From an uncultured Clostridia bacterium (lineage in GTDB: Bacteria > Bacillota > Clostridia > Christensenellales > UBA1242), in the NCBI GenBank assembly GCA_934754375.1, contig CAKVHT010000001.1, forward strand, positions 713,548 to 777,547: a DNA stretch of 64,000 nt, in the 5' to 3' direction. Shown in pieces: positions 55,132 to 64,000 of this stretch. The notes under the pieces were generated by a model that had not been told where the DNA came from, searched no databases, and saw only the letters and a program-made list of their open reading frames with translations. Numbering within the stretch: position 1 is the first letter of the stretch; every line of letters starts with the position of its first letter. The position numbers and the translations under genes are program-made.

Positions 55132-55430
55132 TTTGATTCCTCCAAATAATATTTGTGATGCTTTTTGTGCGCTTGCCAAAGGCAAACATGTATTTTAAAC
55201 ATTATCAATTGTTAAATTAATTAAAATTTAAAACTTGTTTCCAAACCCCAATGAGCATCAAAATTAGGCTTTGGGTTATTTACGTCAAGAACAAAGTTCA
55301 AAACATAATTTCATATTAGTTTTATTATACTCACAACACCAAATTGCCGCGAGGTGTTATGCTTGTTTTCAAATTTAGTTTGTCAATATGCTTTGTAAGG
55401 ATAGTACTTACAAACAAAGACAGTCAAGGA

Positions 55431-55547
55431 TTAGCCTTGACGTTGTTTATGTTTAGGTGATTTTGAACAGATTACCATAACCTTACCATTACGTTTGATA
55501 ACCTTGCATTTTTCACAAATTGGTTTAACAGATGGACGCACCTTCAT
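55431..55547 (-). CDS. rpmJ: 50S ribosomal protein L36
   Basis: Not in the track (38 aa). My translation is [38 protein letters not shown]. Confidence 0.95.
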   Translation of the reverse strand: MKVRPSVKPICEKCKVIKRNGKVMVICSKSPKHKQRQG

Positions 55548-55608
55548 GCTATTTATCTCCTTTTTGAGTTAAAAATTTAAAATTTGCAGACTGGTTCAGT
55601 TTTCAAAT

Positions 55609-55830
55609 TTAGTTTTTATCACGCCAAACGATTCTGCCTTTGGTTAAGTCATAAGGTGTCATTTCAACTTTAACTTTGTCGCCAAGCAAAACACGTATCT
55701 TATTTGTGCGCAGCTTGCCTGAAACATAAGCAGTGATGTAATGATTGTTCATGATTTTAACCTTGAAATTGCCATTTGATAAAACATCAACAATTTCGCC
55801 TTCTACATCGATAACATCTTCTTTCGACAT
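55609..55830 (-). CDS. infA: Translation initiation factor IF-1
   Basis: [26 protein letters not shown]...[13 protein letters not shown]. Confidence 0.97.
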   Translation of the reverse strand: MSKEDVIDVEGEIVDVLSNGNFKVKIMNNHYITAYVSGKLRTNKIRVLLGDKVKVEMTPYDLTKGRIVWRDKN

Positions 55831-55831
55831 A

Positions 55832-56104
55832 TTACTCCTTTACGTTTTGATATACTTTAAGCATATTGTAGATTTCAGTGTCAGTGACGATTGGTGAAAG
55901 GAACTTGTTGTAGATCATTTCATCATGCGCCAACTTCACCAAGTGTTTTGGATTTTTTGTCTTTAATTTGTTACGAACTCGAAATCTACCATCTATTATA
56001 ACAGGATATCCAATTTTGTCAATAGAAACCACTAAAAATATGCGGTTTTTATCGTGTCCCGCAACCGACTTTACAATATCACCGGCTGTAAATTGATTGT
56101 TCAT
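55832..56104 (-). CDS. KOW-domain RNA-binding protein (YbzG-like, L14E/L6E-like)
   Basis: 90 aa, [22 protein letters not shown]. Conserved position between map and infA in Firmicutes. Confidence 0.8.
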   Translation of the reverse strand: MNNQFTAGDIVKSVAGHDKNRIFLVVSIDKIGYPVIIDGRFRVRNKLKTKNPKHLVKLAHDEMIYNKFLSPIVTDTEIYNMLKVYQNVKE

Positions 56105-56111
56105 ACCTCTC

Positions 56112-56858
56112 CTATAATGACAGAATTTCTACACCATCTTTTGTTATCAAAATAGTGTTTTCATAATGCGCTGCTGGAAGACCGTCCCAAGTGGAAATTG
56201 TCCAATCGTTGTCTTCCATAACCACATCACGTTTGCCAAGTGTAACCATTGGCTCAACTGCCAAAGTCATACCAGCTTGCAATACAATGCCTGAATTGTA
56301 TTTGCCATAATTTGGCACATAAGGATCTTCGTGCATTTCTGTACCAATCCCGTGCCCAGTTAATTCACGCACAACACCATATCCGCGATCCTCAAGATAT
56401 TTTTGGATTTGGTGACTGATATTGCCCAGCCTACTGCCTGCCTTAATACCTTTAAGACCTTCAAAGAATGATTGTTTTGTATCGTTAATTAACCTTTGTT
56501 TTTCAATTGAGATATTGCCAACAGGGAAAGTCCTTGCAGCATCACTCTGCCACCCGTTGTAGATGACGCCACAGTCGATGCTGATTATGTCGCCATCTAT
56601 TAAAGGCTGATCGTTACAAAATCCGTGCACCACTTGTTCATTTACACTTGCACAAATGGTAAACGGAAAACCCTCGTATCCGAGGAAGGAAGGAATAGCG
56701 CCTTGGGATTTAATATATTGATAGGCCAAATCGTTAAGGCGCAAACTTGTTTGGCCAGGAAATATGTGTTGCTCAAGCATATTCAAGGTGTCCCTTAAAA
56801 TTTTGCCTGCCTGACGCATAATTTCAATTTGTTCTTTATTTTTAATGGTTATACTCAT
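56112..56858 (-). CDS. map: Type I methionine aminopeptidase
   Basis: ...VVHGF...GDIISIDCG...GHGIG...LAVEPM...YENTILIT metal-ligand pattern. 248 aa. Confidence 0.96.
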   Translation of the reverse strand: MSITIKNKEQIEIMRQAGKILRDTLNMLEQHIFPGQTSLRLNDLAYQYIKSQGAIPSFLGYEGFPFTICASVNEQVVHGFCNDQPLIDGDIISIDCGVIYNGWQSDAARTFPVGNISIEKQRLINDTKQSFFEGLKGIKAGSRLGNISHQIQKYLEDRGYGVVRELTGHGIGTEMHEDPYVPNYGKYNSGIVLQAGMTLAVEPMVTLGKRDVVMEDNDWTISTWDGLPAAHYENTILITKDGVEILSL

Positions 56859-57472
56859 TTTATCTCTCTCACAACATCTTCAAGCACCTGTTTTGGTGAC
56901 TTGCTTGCATCAACATCAACAACTTTAACACCCCAAGATTTATACAAATCTAAAAGTGGTAAAGTGTCTTTTTCAAAAATTTCAAATCTTTTGTTTATTG
57001 ATTCAAGTGTATCGTCCGCACGGGTTGCCAACTTGCCCCCACATGCTGGACAATTTTCTTCATTGACTGCTGATTTTTTTGTTATCATTTTGCAATTTGT
57101 GCAAGTTAAACGATTAAGCAACCTATCAACCGCTTTTTCCTTGCTTAAATTGAGATGAATAACAAGGTCAATGTTCATAAAATCTTTTAACTGTTTTGCT
57201 TGATTTGGTTCACGAGGGAAGCCGTCAAACACAACATTTTTAGATTTTATAGCCTTAAGTTTGTTTTGCAAAACTGCCATAACTGTGTCAGTGTCAACAA
57301 GTGCACCCGCATTGATACGTTCAGCGATTAACTTACCAAGTTTAGAGCCTGTTGCAATTTCATCACGAAACAATTGACCAGTTGAAATCAATTCAAAATC
57401 CATTACATTTTGAAGTTCAGCAACAAGTGTGCCTTTGCCAGAACCTTGAATGCCGATTAAAACGATATTCAT
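56855..57472 (-). CDS. adk: Adenylate kinase (Cys4 zinc lid)
   Basis: MNIVLIGIQGSGKGT P-loop. Lid sequence CTNCKMITKKSAVNEENCPACGGKL. Confidence 0.95.
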   Translation of the reverse strand: MNIVLIGIQGSGKGTLVAELQNVMDFELISTGQLFRDEIATGSKLGKLIAERINAGALVDTDTVMAVLQNKLKAIKSKNVVFDGFPREPNQAKQLKDFMNIDLVIHLNLSKEKAVDRLLNRLTCTNCKMITKKSAVNEENCPACGGKLATRADDTLESINKRFEIFEKDTLPLLDLYKSWGVKVVDVDASKSPKQVLEDVVREIK

Positions 57473-57549
57473 ATAACCCCTTTTGAATACAGAGTTTCAA
57501 ACAGAAACTTTGTTATTGTGGATAAGCCAACAATAATAAAATTGTCAGC

Positions 57550-58860
57550 CTACTTTAAAAATCCACGATAATTTTTTGCAAGCATTTGCGCTTCAAGTTG
57601 TTTGTCAAATTCAAGGGCAACAGAAACAACGATAAGCATACCAGTTGCACTAAATGCACTTGTAACACCGCCTGCACCAATTGCGGTGAAGAGCAATGTT
57701 GGAACAAGGGCCATGAAAGCTAAGAAAATTGCACCAAAGAGAGTGATTCTCTTATTGATATTGCCTAAATAATCTGCTGTTGGTTTACCAGGACGAATAC
57801 CTTGAATAAAACCACCATTTTGTTGAATTTGACGTGAAATTTGTTCAGTATCAAATTGAAGTGATGAATAGAAATATGCAAAACCTAAAATCAAAAGTGA
57901 CAATACGATTGCATAAACCCAACTGCCTGCGCCAAGCCATTTATTCCACCAACCGATAAAACCACCAGTCGCATTAGGATTGATAATTGACATGATAAGT
58001 TGTGGGAAAGAAAGGATTGTGCTTGCAAAAATGATTGGCATAACACCATTTGCATTTACACGGACAGGAATAAATGTTGATTGTCCGCCATACATTTTTC
58101 TACCTTTCATTTGTTTTGCGTATTGTACGTTTACACGTCTTTCACCGCCATCAACAAAGACAACAAGTGCAAAGATCAATACTAAAACAACGATGAATAA
58201 AATCAAACGCCAAATTGCTCTTTGTGTGGTTTCGCCACCAACTGTCATATCTTGGAAGTTACCAAAGATTGTTGTTGCGCCACTAGACAAGATACCAACA
58301 AAAATCAACAATGACATACCATTGCCAATGCCCAACTCTGTGATTTTTTCACCAAGCCAAACAGTGAACATTGCGCCAGCAACAAGCATTGTTACAATAA
58401 ACGCATAGAACACAAATTTGTTGTTACCAAAAGCTGTTAAATCAGCATAACTTGCTGTATTAAAGCCAATAGCAATACCAAGAGCTTGTGCAATTGCAAT
58501 GACAAGTGCTGCAATTTTTGTGTATAAATTTATACGTTTTCTACCATCAGCACCACCATCTTTTGCCATTGCTTGCCAGCTAGGAATAACTGCGCTTAAC
58601 AATTGAATAATAATGCTAGATGTGATGTAAGGGGAAACACCCAATGCCAAAAATGAACCTTGGCTTAAAGCGCCACCACTTACTGCACTTAACAGACTTA
58701 AGAAAGTGTTACTTTCTACGTTACTGCTATATGCCCCGCTGTCAACACCAGGGATTGGAATCCAACAACCAAGGCGGTAAATGAATAATAAGAGAATAGT
58801 TAAAAGTAACTTATTTCTTATTTCCTTAATTTTAAATGCGTCAGCTAATGTTTTAAACAT
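57550..58860 (-). CDS. secY: Preprotein translocase subunit SecY
   Basis: 436 aa, 10 TM segments. ...LGVSPYITSSIIIQLL... and ...GGFIQGIRPGKPTADYL... Confidence 0.97.
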   Translation of the reverse strand: MFKTLADAFKIKEIRNKLLLTILLLFIYRLGCWIPIPGVDSGAYSSNVESNTFLSLLSAVSGGALSQGSFLALGVSPYITSSIIIQLLSAVIPSWQAMAKDGGADGRKRINLYTKIAALVIAIAQALGIAIGFNTASYADLTAFGNNKFVFYAFIVTMLVAGAMFTVWLGEKITELGIGNGMSLLIFVGILSSGATTIFGNFQDMTVGGETTQRAIWRLILFIVVLVLIFALVVFVDGGERRVNVQYAKQMKGRKMYGGQSTFIPVRVNANGVMPIIFASTILSFPQLIMSIINPNATGGFIGWWNKWLGAGSWVYAIVLSLLILGFAYFYSSLQFDTEQISRQIQQNGGFIQGIRPGKPTADYLGNINKRITLFGAIFLAFMALVPTLLFTAIGAGGVTSAFSATGMLIVVSVALEFDKQLEAQMLAKNYRGFLK

Positions 58861-59306
58861 TATACCTCCTCTATACTGCCACCTTGTGCTGTAATTTTAT
58901 CTTTTGCTGTTGCTGTAAATTTGTTAGCAACAACTTTCAAAGCAACAGTAAGTTCACCATTGCCCAAAATTTTAACGCCGTCTTTTTCAACTTTTGAAAG
59001 GATACCACTTTCAAGGAGTTTAACAGCATCAACAGTTGTGTTCGCTTCAAAAATATTTAAAGCACCAACGTTCACAACAGAATATACTTTTTTAAATTTA
59101 GCATTGCTAAATCCTTTGATAGGAACTCTTCTGTACAAAGGGTTTTGACCACCTTCAAATCCAGGACGAACACCGCCACCAGAACGAGCATTTTGGCCTT
59201 TGTGACCTTTACCAGAGGTTTTGCCTACACCACTACCGATACCACGACCAAGACGTTTTTTGCTTGTCCTAGCGCCTTCGGCATAAGTCAATTCGTGTAT
59301 ATACAT
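58860..59306 (-). CDS. rplO: 50S ribosomal protein L15
   Basis: [30 protein letters not shown]... Confidence 0.96.
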   Translation of the reverse strand: MYIHELTYAEGARTSKKRLGRGIGSGVGKTSGKGHKGQNARSGGGVRPGFEGGQNPLYRRVPIKGFSNAKFKKVYSVVNVGALNIFEANTTVDAVKLLESGILSKVEKDGVKILGNGELTVALKVVANKFTATAKDKITAQGGSIEEV

Positions 59307-59316
59307 AATCTCTCCT

Positions 59317-59514
59317 TTACGCTTCTTCTTCCACTTTTAACAAGTGTTTAACTTTGAAGATGCTTCCTCTTATACAATCGTTGTCAGGAAGAACACGGGT
59401 TTGACCAAGTTTTTTGAAACCAAGGGCTTCAACAACTTTGGCTTGTTCTTTATTATAACCAACAGCACTCTTTACGTAAGTAACTTTGATGGTTTTTTGT
59501 GATTTTTTAGCCAT
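59317..59514 (-). CDS. rpmD: 50S ribosomal protein L30
   Basis: [30 protein letters not shown]. 65 aa. Confidence 0.93.
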   Translation of the reverse strand: MAKKSQKTIKVTYVKSAVGYNKEQAKVVEALGFKKLGQTRVLPDNDCIRGSIFKVKHLLKVEEEA

Positions 59515-59522
59515 ATATCCTC

Positions 59523-60050
59523 CTAAATTTCTTCAACTGATTTGCCACGAAGAAGAGCAACTTGTTCTTTTGTTCTTAATGATTTAAGACCATTCAAAGT
59601 AGCCCTAGCAACGTTAATTTTGTCAGTTGAGCCATAAATTTTTGCAGTTAAATCTGTGTAACCTGCCATTTCAAATACAGTACGAGCCGCACCACCAGCA
59701 ATCAAACCGCTACCTTTTTTAGAAGGAAGCATTTTAACGCTTGTTTTAGCAAATTTGCCAATGATTTCGTGTGGGATTGTACCATCAATTACAGGAACAG
59801 TAATTAAAGATTTTTTAGCAGCTTTTGTTGCTTTTTCGATAGCAGCTGGAACTTCGGCAGCTTTTGCCAAGCCCATGCCAACTCTACCCTTTTTGTCACC
59901 TACGATAACAAGAGCAGAAAAACGCATTGTACGGCCACCCTTAACAACTTTTGTTACACGGCGTACGTCCAACATTTTCTTGTCGAATTCGTCTTTGATT
60001 TCTTCTCTTTCTCTAGGCTTTCTAAATTCACGTTTTTGTTGTTGTGCCAT
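59523..60050 (-). CDS. rpsE: 30S ribosomal protein S5
   Basis: VRRVTKVVKGGRTMRFSALVIVGDKKGRVGMGLAKA... Confidence 0.97.
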   Translation of the reverse strand: MAQQQKREFRKPREREEIKDEFDKKMLDVRRVTKVVKGGRTMRFSALVIVGDKKGRVGMGLAKAAEVPAAIEKATKAAKKSLITVPVIDGTIPHEIIGKFAKTSVKMLPSKKGSGLIAGGAARTVFEMAGYTDLTAKIYGSTDKINVARATLNGLKSLRTKEQVALLRGKSVEEI

Positions 60051-60059
60051 AATCTCTCC

Positions 60060-60428
60060 TTAAAATTCCAAGCCACCGGCTCTAGCGCCGTCAGCAAGTT
60101 CTTTAACTCTTCCTGTGTAAAGATATCCACCACGATCAAATACAACAGTTTTGATTTTTGCTTTTTTAGCAAGTTTAGCGATTTGTTCGCCAACAAATCT
60201 AGCTGCTTCTTTGTTTGTCATATCTTTAACTTGTTCTTTGATTTCTTTTTGAGTTGTGTTGCAAGCAACAAGAGTAACACCCTTTGTATCATCAATGATT
60301 TGAGCATAAATGTTGCTTAAACTACGATACACACAAAGACGTGGGCAAGCGCTTGTACCAGATAAATTATGACGTAATCTGATATGGCGTTTAACACGTT
60401 TTGCATTTTTATTTTCTTTATTTATCAT
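60060..60428 (-). CDS. rplR: 50S ribosomal protein L18
   Basis: RVKRHIRLRHNLSGTSACPRLCVYRSLSNIYAQIIDD...FDRGGYLYTGRVKELADGARAGGLEF. Confidence 0.97.
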   Translation of the reverse strand: MINKENKNAKRVKRHIRLRHNLSGTSACPRLCVYRSLSNIYAQIIDDTKGVTLVACNTTQKEIKEQVKDMTNKEAARFVGEQIAKLAKKAKIKTVVFDRGGYLYTGRVKELADGARAGGLEF

Positions 60429-60438
60429 AACTTACCTC

Positions 60439-60984
60439 CTACTTTTTCTTACCGGCAGCCTTACCTGGTTTTAAAATGACTGGTTCATTTGTGTAATGAA
60501 TGCCATAACCATGGTATGGTTCCATTGGGCGGATTGCACGAATTTTTGCTGCAATTTCGCCAACTAATTCTTTGTTTGCACCACAAACAAGGATTGTGTT
60601 GTTGTCTGGAACTTCAAATGTGATACCTGCTGGTTCTTCAACTTCAACAGGGTGAGACAAACCTAAAGCCATAACCAATTTTTTGCCTTGTTTGTTGAGT
60701 TTGTAACCGACACCATTAACTGTTAAAGACTTTTTATAACCATCTTTAACACCCATAACCATATTATGGATAAGTTGACGATACAAACCTTGTTTTGCAT
60801 TGCTGTCTGTTGTGTCATCAAGACGTGTAACATAAACATGGCCATCTTTAACTTCAACTGCAATATTTTTTGAAAATTCTTGAGTTAAAGTATCCTTAGC
60901 CCCTTTAACTGTTACAACATGACCATTAACTTCAACAGTAACACCTGCTGGGATAGCGACAGGTAATTTACCAATTCTTGACAT
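60439..60984 (-). CDS. rplF: 50S ribosomal protein L6
   Basis: MSRIGKLPVAIPAGVTVEVNGHVVTVKG... Confidence 0.97.
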   Translation of the reverse strand: MSRIGKLPVAIPAGVTVEVNGHVVTVKGAKDTLTQEFSKNIAVEVKDGHVYVTRLDDTTDSNAKQGLYRQLIHNMVMGVKDGYKKSLTVNGVGYKLNKQGKKLVMALGLSHPVEVEEPAGITFEVPDNNTILVCGANKELVGEIAAKIRAIRPMEPYHGYGIHYTNEPVILKPGKAAGKKK

Positions 60985-60995
60985 ATCTTACCCTC

Positions 60996-61394
60996 CTACC
61001 ATACATAAGCGAGCACTTCGCCGCCTACGTTCATTTTTCTAGCAACCTTATCTGTAACGATGCCTTTGCTTGTTGAAACAATTGCAATACCAAGACCATT
61101 AAGAACTTGTGGTAATTGTTCAGCGTTAGCATAAATTCTCAAACCAGGTTTGCTAATTCTTTTAAGCCCTTGAATAACTTTTTCGCCATTAGGACCATAT
61201 TTAAGTGTGATTTCAATCATGTTGACACCGTCAACAACTTCTGTTTTGTAATCAACAATAAAACCTTCATCTTTTAAGATTTCAGCGATTGCAAGTTTGG
61301 TTTTTGATTGAGGAATAAGCACACTTTCATGCTTTGACATATTCGCATTGCGGATACGTGTAAGCATATCTGCGATTGGGTCTATACTTAACAT
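60996..61394 (-). CDS. rpsH: 30S ribosomal protein S8
   Basis: [21 protein letters not shown]...GGEVLAYVW. Confidence 0.97.
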   Translation of the reverse strand: MLSIDPIADMLTRIRNANMSKHESVLIPQSKTKLAIAEILKDEGFIVDYKTEVVDGVNMIEITLKYGPNGEKVIQGLKRISKPGLRIYANAEQLPQVLNGLGIAIVSTSKGIVTDKVARKMNVGGEVLAYVW

Positions 61395-61406
61395 AATCTC
61401 TCCTTT

Positions 61407-61592
61407 TTACCAACTAGCTTTCTTAACGCCAGGGATTTCACCTTTGTTAGCCAAATTTCTAAAACAAATTCTGCAAATACCATATTTTTTAAGCACTGCA
61501 TGTGGACGGCCACAAAGAGAGCAACGTGTATATTCACGAGTTGCGAATTTTTGTTGTCTTTGTTGTTTATTTATCATTGCTTTTCTTGCCAT
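61407..61592 (-). CDS. rpsZ: 30S ribosomal protein S14, type Z (zinc-binding)
   Basis: 61 aa. [21 protein letters not shown] Cys4, ends ..GVKKASW. Confidence 0.96.
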   Translation of the reverse strand: MARKAMINKQQRQQKFATREYTRCSLCGRPHAVLKKYGICRICFRNLANKGEIPGVKKASW

Positions 61593-61601
61593 AATCCACT
61601 C

Positions 61602-62159
61602 CTACTTCTTTTTTCTAAATGGTACGCCCATTAATTTTAACAATTCAAATGCTTCTTCGTTTGTGTTTGCTGTTGTAACAAACATAATATCGAAACCACG
61701 AACAGCATCAATCTTATCATAAATGATTTCTGGGAAGATGATTTGTTCTTTAACACCGAAACTGTAGTTACCACGACCATCGAATGATGTTGTGCTCAAA
61801 CCTTGGAAGTCACGCACACGTGGCAATGCAACTGAAATCAATCTATCGAAGAATTCATACATTTTTTCACCACGAAGTGTAACCTTTGCGCCAATTTTTT
61901 GACCTTGACGAAGTTTGAAATTTGCAACTGATTTTTTTGCATAAGTAACAACTGCTTTTTGACCAGCAATCAAGCTTAATTCATCAACTGCTGTGTTGAA
62001 ACTTTTAGCATTGTCTTTTTCTTTACCAAGACGAAGTGACAAAACGATTTTTTCAATGTGAGGGATTTGCATTACATTTTTGTAACCAAATTTTTCTTGC
62101 ATTGCAGGTTTTACAACTTCGTTATAGTATGCATGACGTCTATTAATTTCTTTTTCCAT
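61602..62159 (-). CDS. rplE: 50S ribosomal protein L5
   Basis: ...[18 protein letters not shown]...[17 protein letters not shown]... Confidence 0.97.
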   Translation of the reverse strand: MEKEINRRHAYYNEVVKPAMQEKFGYKNVMQIPHIEKIVLSLRLGKEKDNAKSFNTAVDELSLIAGQKAVVTYAKKSVANFKLRQGQKIGAKVTLRGEKMYEFFDRLISVALPRVRDFQGLSTTSFDGRGNYSFGVKEQIIFPEIIYDKIDAVRGFDIMFVTTANTNEEAFELLKLMGVPFRKKK

Positions 62160-62172
62160 GTGTCATACTCCT

Positions 62173-62532
62173 TTATGCTTTTTTGCTAGTTTTTGTTGTT
62201 TTTGTAGCTTTTTTTGCCACTTCCAAACTAGCACCGCATTTTTTACAAACGCGTACGTGTTTACCATCGACATCATTGTGAGCAACACGAGTTGCTTTTT
62301 TGCACGCTGGGCAAACAACTTGAACGTTAGAAGCATCAATGGCACCTTCAGATTTAATAATCCCGCCCTTGTCATCTTTGCTTCTTGGTTTTGTGTGATG
62401 AGATTGAATATTAACGTTAGCAACAACAACTTTGTTATTATCACGGTTAACTTCAAGCACTTCACCAGTTTTGCCAGCATCTTTACCAGCAATCACTAAT
62501 ACGTTATCGCCTTTTTTAACACTTAACTTCAT
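62173..62532 (-). CDS. rplX: 50S ribosomal protein L24 with a Cys4 motif and a Lys-rich tail
   Basis: MKLSVKKGDNVLVIAGKDAGKTGEV (KOW) from the ATG at 62532 with an AGGAGG SD. The C-terminal part carries CPACKK...CKKCG. Confidence 0.95.
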   Translation of the reverse strand: MKLSVKKGDNVLVIAGKDAGKTGEVLEVNRDNNKVVVANVNIQSHHTKPRSKDDKGGIIKSEGAIDASNVQVVCPACKKATRVAHNDVDGKHVRVCKKCGASLEVAKKATKTTKTSKKA

Positions 62533-62542
62533 ATTCGACCTC

Positions 62543-62911
62543 CTATAATACTTCTGGTGCAAGTGAGATTATTTGAGTAAATCCTTTTGCACGAAGTTCT
62601 CTTGCGATAGGTCCAAACACACGAGTACCACGAGTTGCTTTTTGTTTATCAATAAGCACTGCAGCATTTTCGTCAAATTTGATAACACTGCCATCAGCAC
62701 GTTGAACACCTGTTTTTGAGCGAACAATAACTGCCATAACAACATCACCTTTTTTAACTTTACCGTCTGGATCTGCTTTTTTTACAGAGGCAACTATCAC
62801 ATCGCCAATGTTTGCAAATTTTCTAACTGAACCGCCAAGACAACGAATGCACATAATTTTCTTTGCGCCTGAATTGTCTGCCACGTTCAAAATTGAAAAT
62901 GGTTGTATCAT
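62543..62911 (-). CDS. rplN: 50S ribosomal protein L14
   Basis: [28 protein letters not shown]... Confidence 0.97.
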   Translation of the reverse strand: MIQPFSILNVADNSGAKKIMCIRCLGGSVRKFANIGDVIVASVKKADPDGKVKKGDVVMAVIVRSKTGVQRADGSVIKFDENAAVLIDKQKATRGTRVFGPIARELRAKGFTQIISLAPEVL

Positions 62912-62922
62912 GATTTTGCCTC

Positions 62923-63180
62923 CTATTTAGCTCTTTCAACGATTGTAAGAAGACGGAAGTATTTGTCCTTTGAAAGTGGACGTGTTTCTTCAATCACAAC
63001 AGTGTCACCGATGTGAGCATCGTTCTTTTCGTCATGAGCTTTATATTTTTTTGTATATGTCATATACTTTTTATAAATTGGGTGTTTTTTCTTGCTGGTA
63101 ACCAAAACAGTAATAGTTTTGTCCATTTTATCAGAAACAACAACACCTTGAATTGTCTTGTGGTTTACTTGTTTTTCCAT
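62923..63180 (-). CDS. rpsQ: 30S ribosomal protein S17
   Basis: [18 protein letters not shown]...[26 protein letters not shown]. Confidence 0.96.
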   Translation of the reverse strand: MEKQVNHKTIQGVVVSDKMDKTITVLVTSKKKHPIYKKYMTYTKKYKAHDEKNDAHIGDTVVIEETRPLSKDKYFRLLTIVERAK

Positions 63181-63184
63181 AATA

Positions 63185-63394
63185 TTACTCCTTTGCTCCA
63201 GCTAATTTTTTTGCGTTCAATTCAGTTTTAACTCTAGCAATTTCACGTTTTGTTTCACGGATACTAGCTGTGTTTTGAAGTTGACCAACTTTCTTTTGGA
63301 AAGTTAAATTGAAAAGCGCACTGCTTAATTCTTTTTCTTTGCTGGTCAATTCTTCAACTGACATGTTTTTGTAATTATTCTTCATTATTTTCAC
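63185..63394 (-). CDS. rpmC: 50S ribosomal protein L29
   Basis: ..[32 protein letters not shown]. An alternative start is at 63385. Confidence 0.93.
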   Translation of the reverse strand: MKIMKNNYKNMSVEELTSKEKELSSALFNLTFQKKVGQLQNTASIRETKREIARVKTELNAKKLAGAKE

Positions 63395-63806
63395 CGCCTT
63401 TTTCCTTGCGAACTACTTTAGTTTTGCAAGGAAGTTTGTGAGAAGCAAGCCTTAATGCCTCCAAGCATTGTTCTTCACTTGGACCGCTAACTTCCATAAT
63501 GACACGGTCACGTTTTACAACTGCTACGTGTCCAACTTGTGCACCTTTACCGCTACCCATACGAGTGTCAGCAGGTTTTTTAGTGATAGGTTTGTGTGGG
63601 AAAACCTTAATCCAAACTTGACCACCACGTTTCATGTATCTGTTGATAGCAACACGTGCTGCTTCAAGTTGGTTAGGAGTGATCCAACATGGTTCTGTTG
63701 CTTGGAGACCATAGTCACCATAGCTTACGAAATTACCACGAGTGGCACGACCGGTTAAACGGCCACGGAATTGTTTTCTTCTTTTTTCTCTTTTAGGTAT
63801 TAACAT
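63375..63806 (-). CDS. rplP: 50S ribosomal protein L16
   Basis: [25 protein letters not shown]... Confidence 0.97.
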   Translation of the reverse strand: MLIPKREKRRKQFRGRLTGRATRGNFVSYGDYGLQATEPCWITPNQLEAARVAINRYMKRGGQVWIKVFPHKPITKKPADTRMGSGKGAQVGHVAVVKRDRVIMEVSGPSEEQCLEALRLASHKLPCKTKVVRKEKGGENNEE

Positions 63807-63807
63807 A

Positions 63808-64000
63808 TTAGTTTTCTCCTTTCTTGTGGCTTTGAACAGTGCTTTGAGAAACTTTACCCAAAATTTCGCCCTTGTTGATCCAAACTTTTACGCCCAACAC
63901 ACCAAATGTTGTGTGTGCTTCAACGCAAGCATAATCAATGTTAGCACGAATTGTGTGAAGAGGAAGCAAACCTTCATGATAGTGTTCACTACGAGCAATT
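63808..64000 (-). CDS. rpsC: 30S ribosomal protein S3, C-terminal fragment (5' end beyond the window edge)
   Basis: My own translation gives ..[49 protein letters not shown]...KKGEN, with the stop at 63810-63808. Confidence 0.9.
   Translation of the reverse strand, partial: IARSEHYHEGLLPLHTIRANIDYACVEAHTTFGVLGVKVWINKGEILGKVSQSTVQSHKKGEN

Overview
AT-rich chromosomal window from a low-GC Bacillota-type organism (Clostridia- or Mollicutes-related, standard genetic code). The right half (about 33-64 kb) is all minus strand and is core genome. It holds the distal S10/spc/alpha ribosomal cluster, from a partial rpsC through rplP to rplQ, including secY-adk-map-KOW-infA-rpmJ. This is followed, unusually, by the str operon (rpsL, an inserted ThyX-like gene, rpsG, fusA, tuf). 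Then come an MFS-like permease, trpS behind a terminator-containing leader, an ArsR regulator, pgk-gpmI, secG-rnr and smpB. The left half mixes housekeeping genes (partial tex, rplM-rpsI, rsmF-like, mnmA, rpiB, a short pyruvate kinase, tmRNA) with accessory and surface genes. These include an XRE regulator, a ComEC-like MBL hydrolase, patatin, several lipoproteins, zinc-ribbon membrane proteins, an SPFH/YdjI-like module, a 2283-aa secreted protein and two TasA/camelysin-like genes. The strongest signal is a perfect 67-bp inverted repeat (12957-13023 / 14340-14406). It encodes the shared signal peptide of two convergent TasA-like genes; only one copy has an SD and a charged N-terminus. This looks like an invertible cassette switch for a fibre or surface subunit next to the giant protein, with no recombinase in the window. 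Other notable items are a divergent ThyX-like gene between rpsL and rpsG, a Trp-codon mini-ORF plus terminator upstream of trpS, a small-ORF plus PIN-like pair between ssrA and smpB, and a pyruvate kinase lacking its C-terminal domain. All calls come from reading the sequence and ORF translations. No database search was run.
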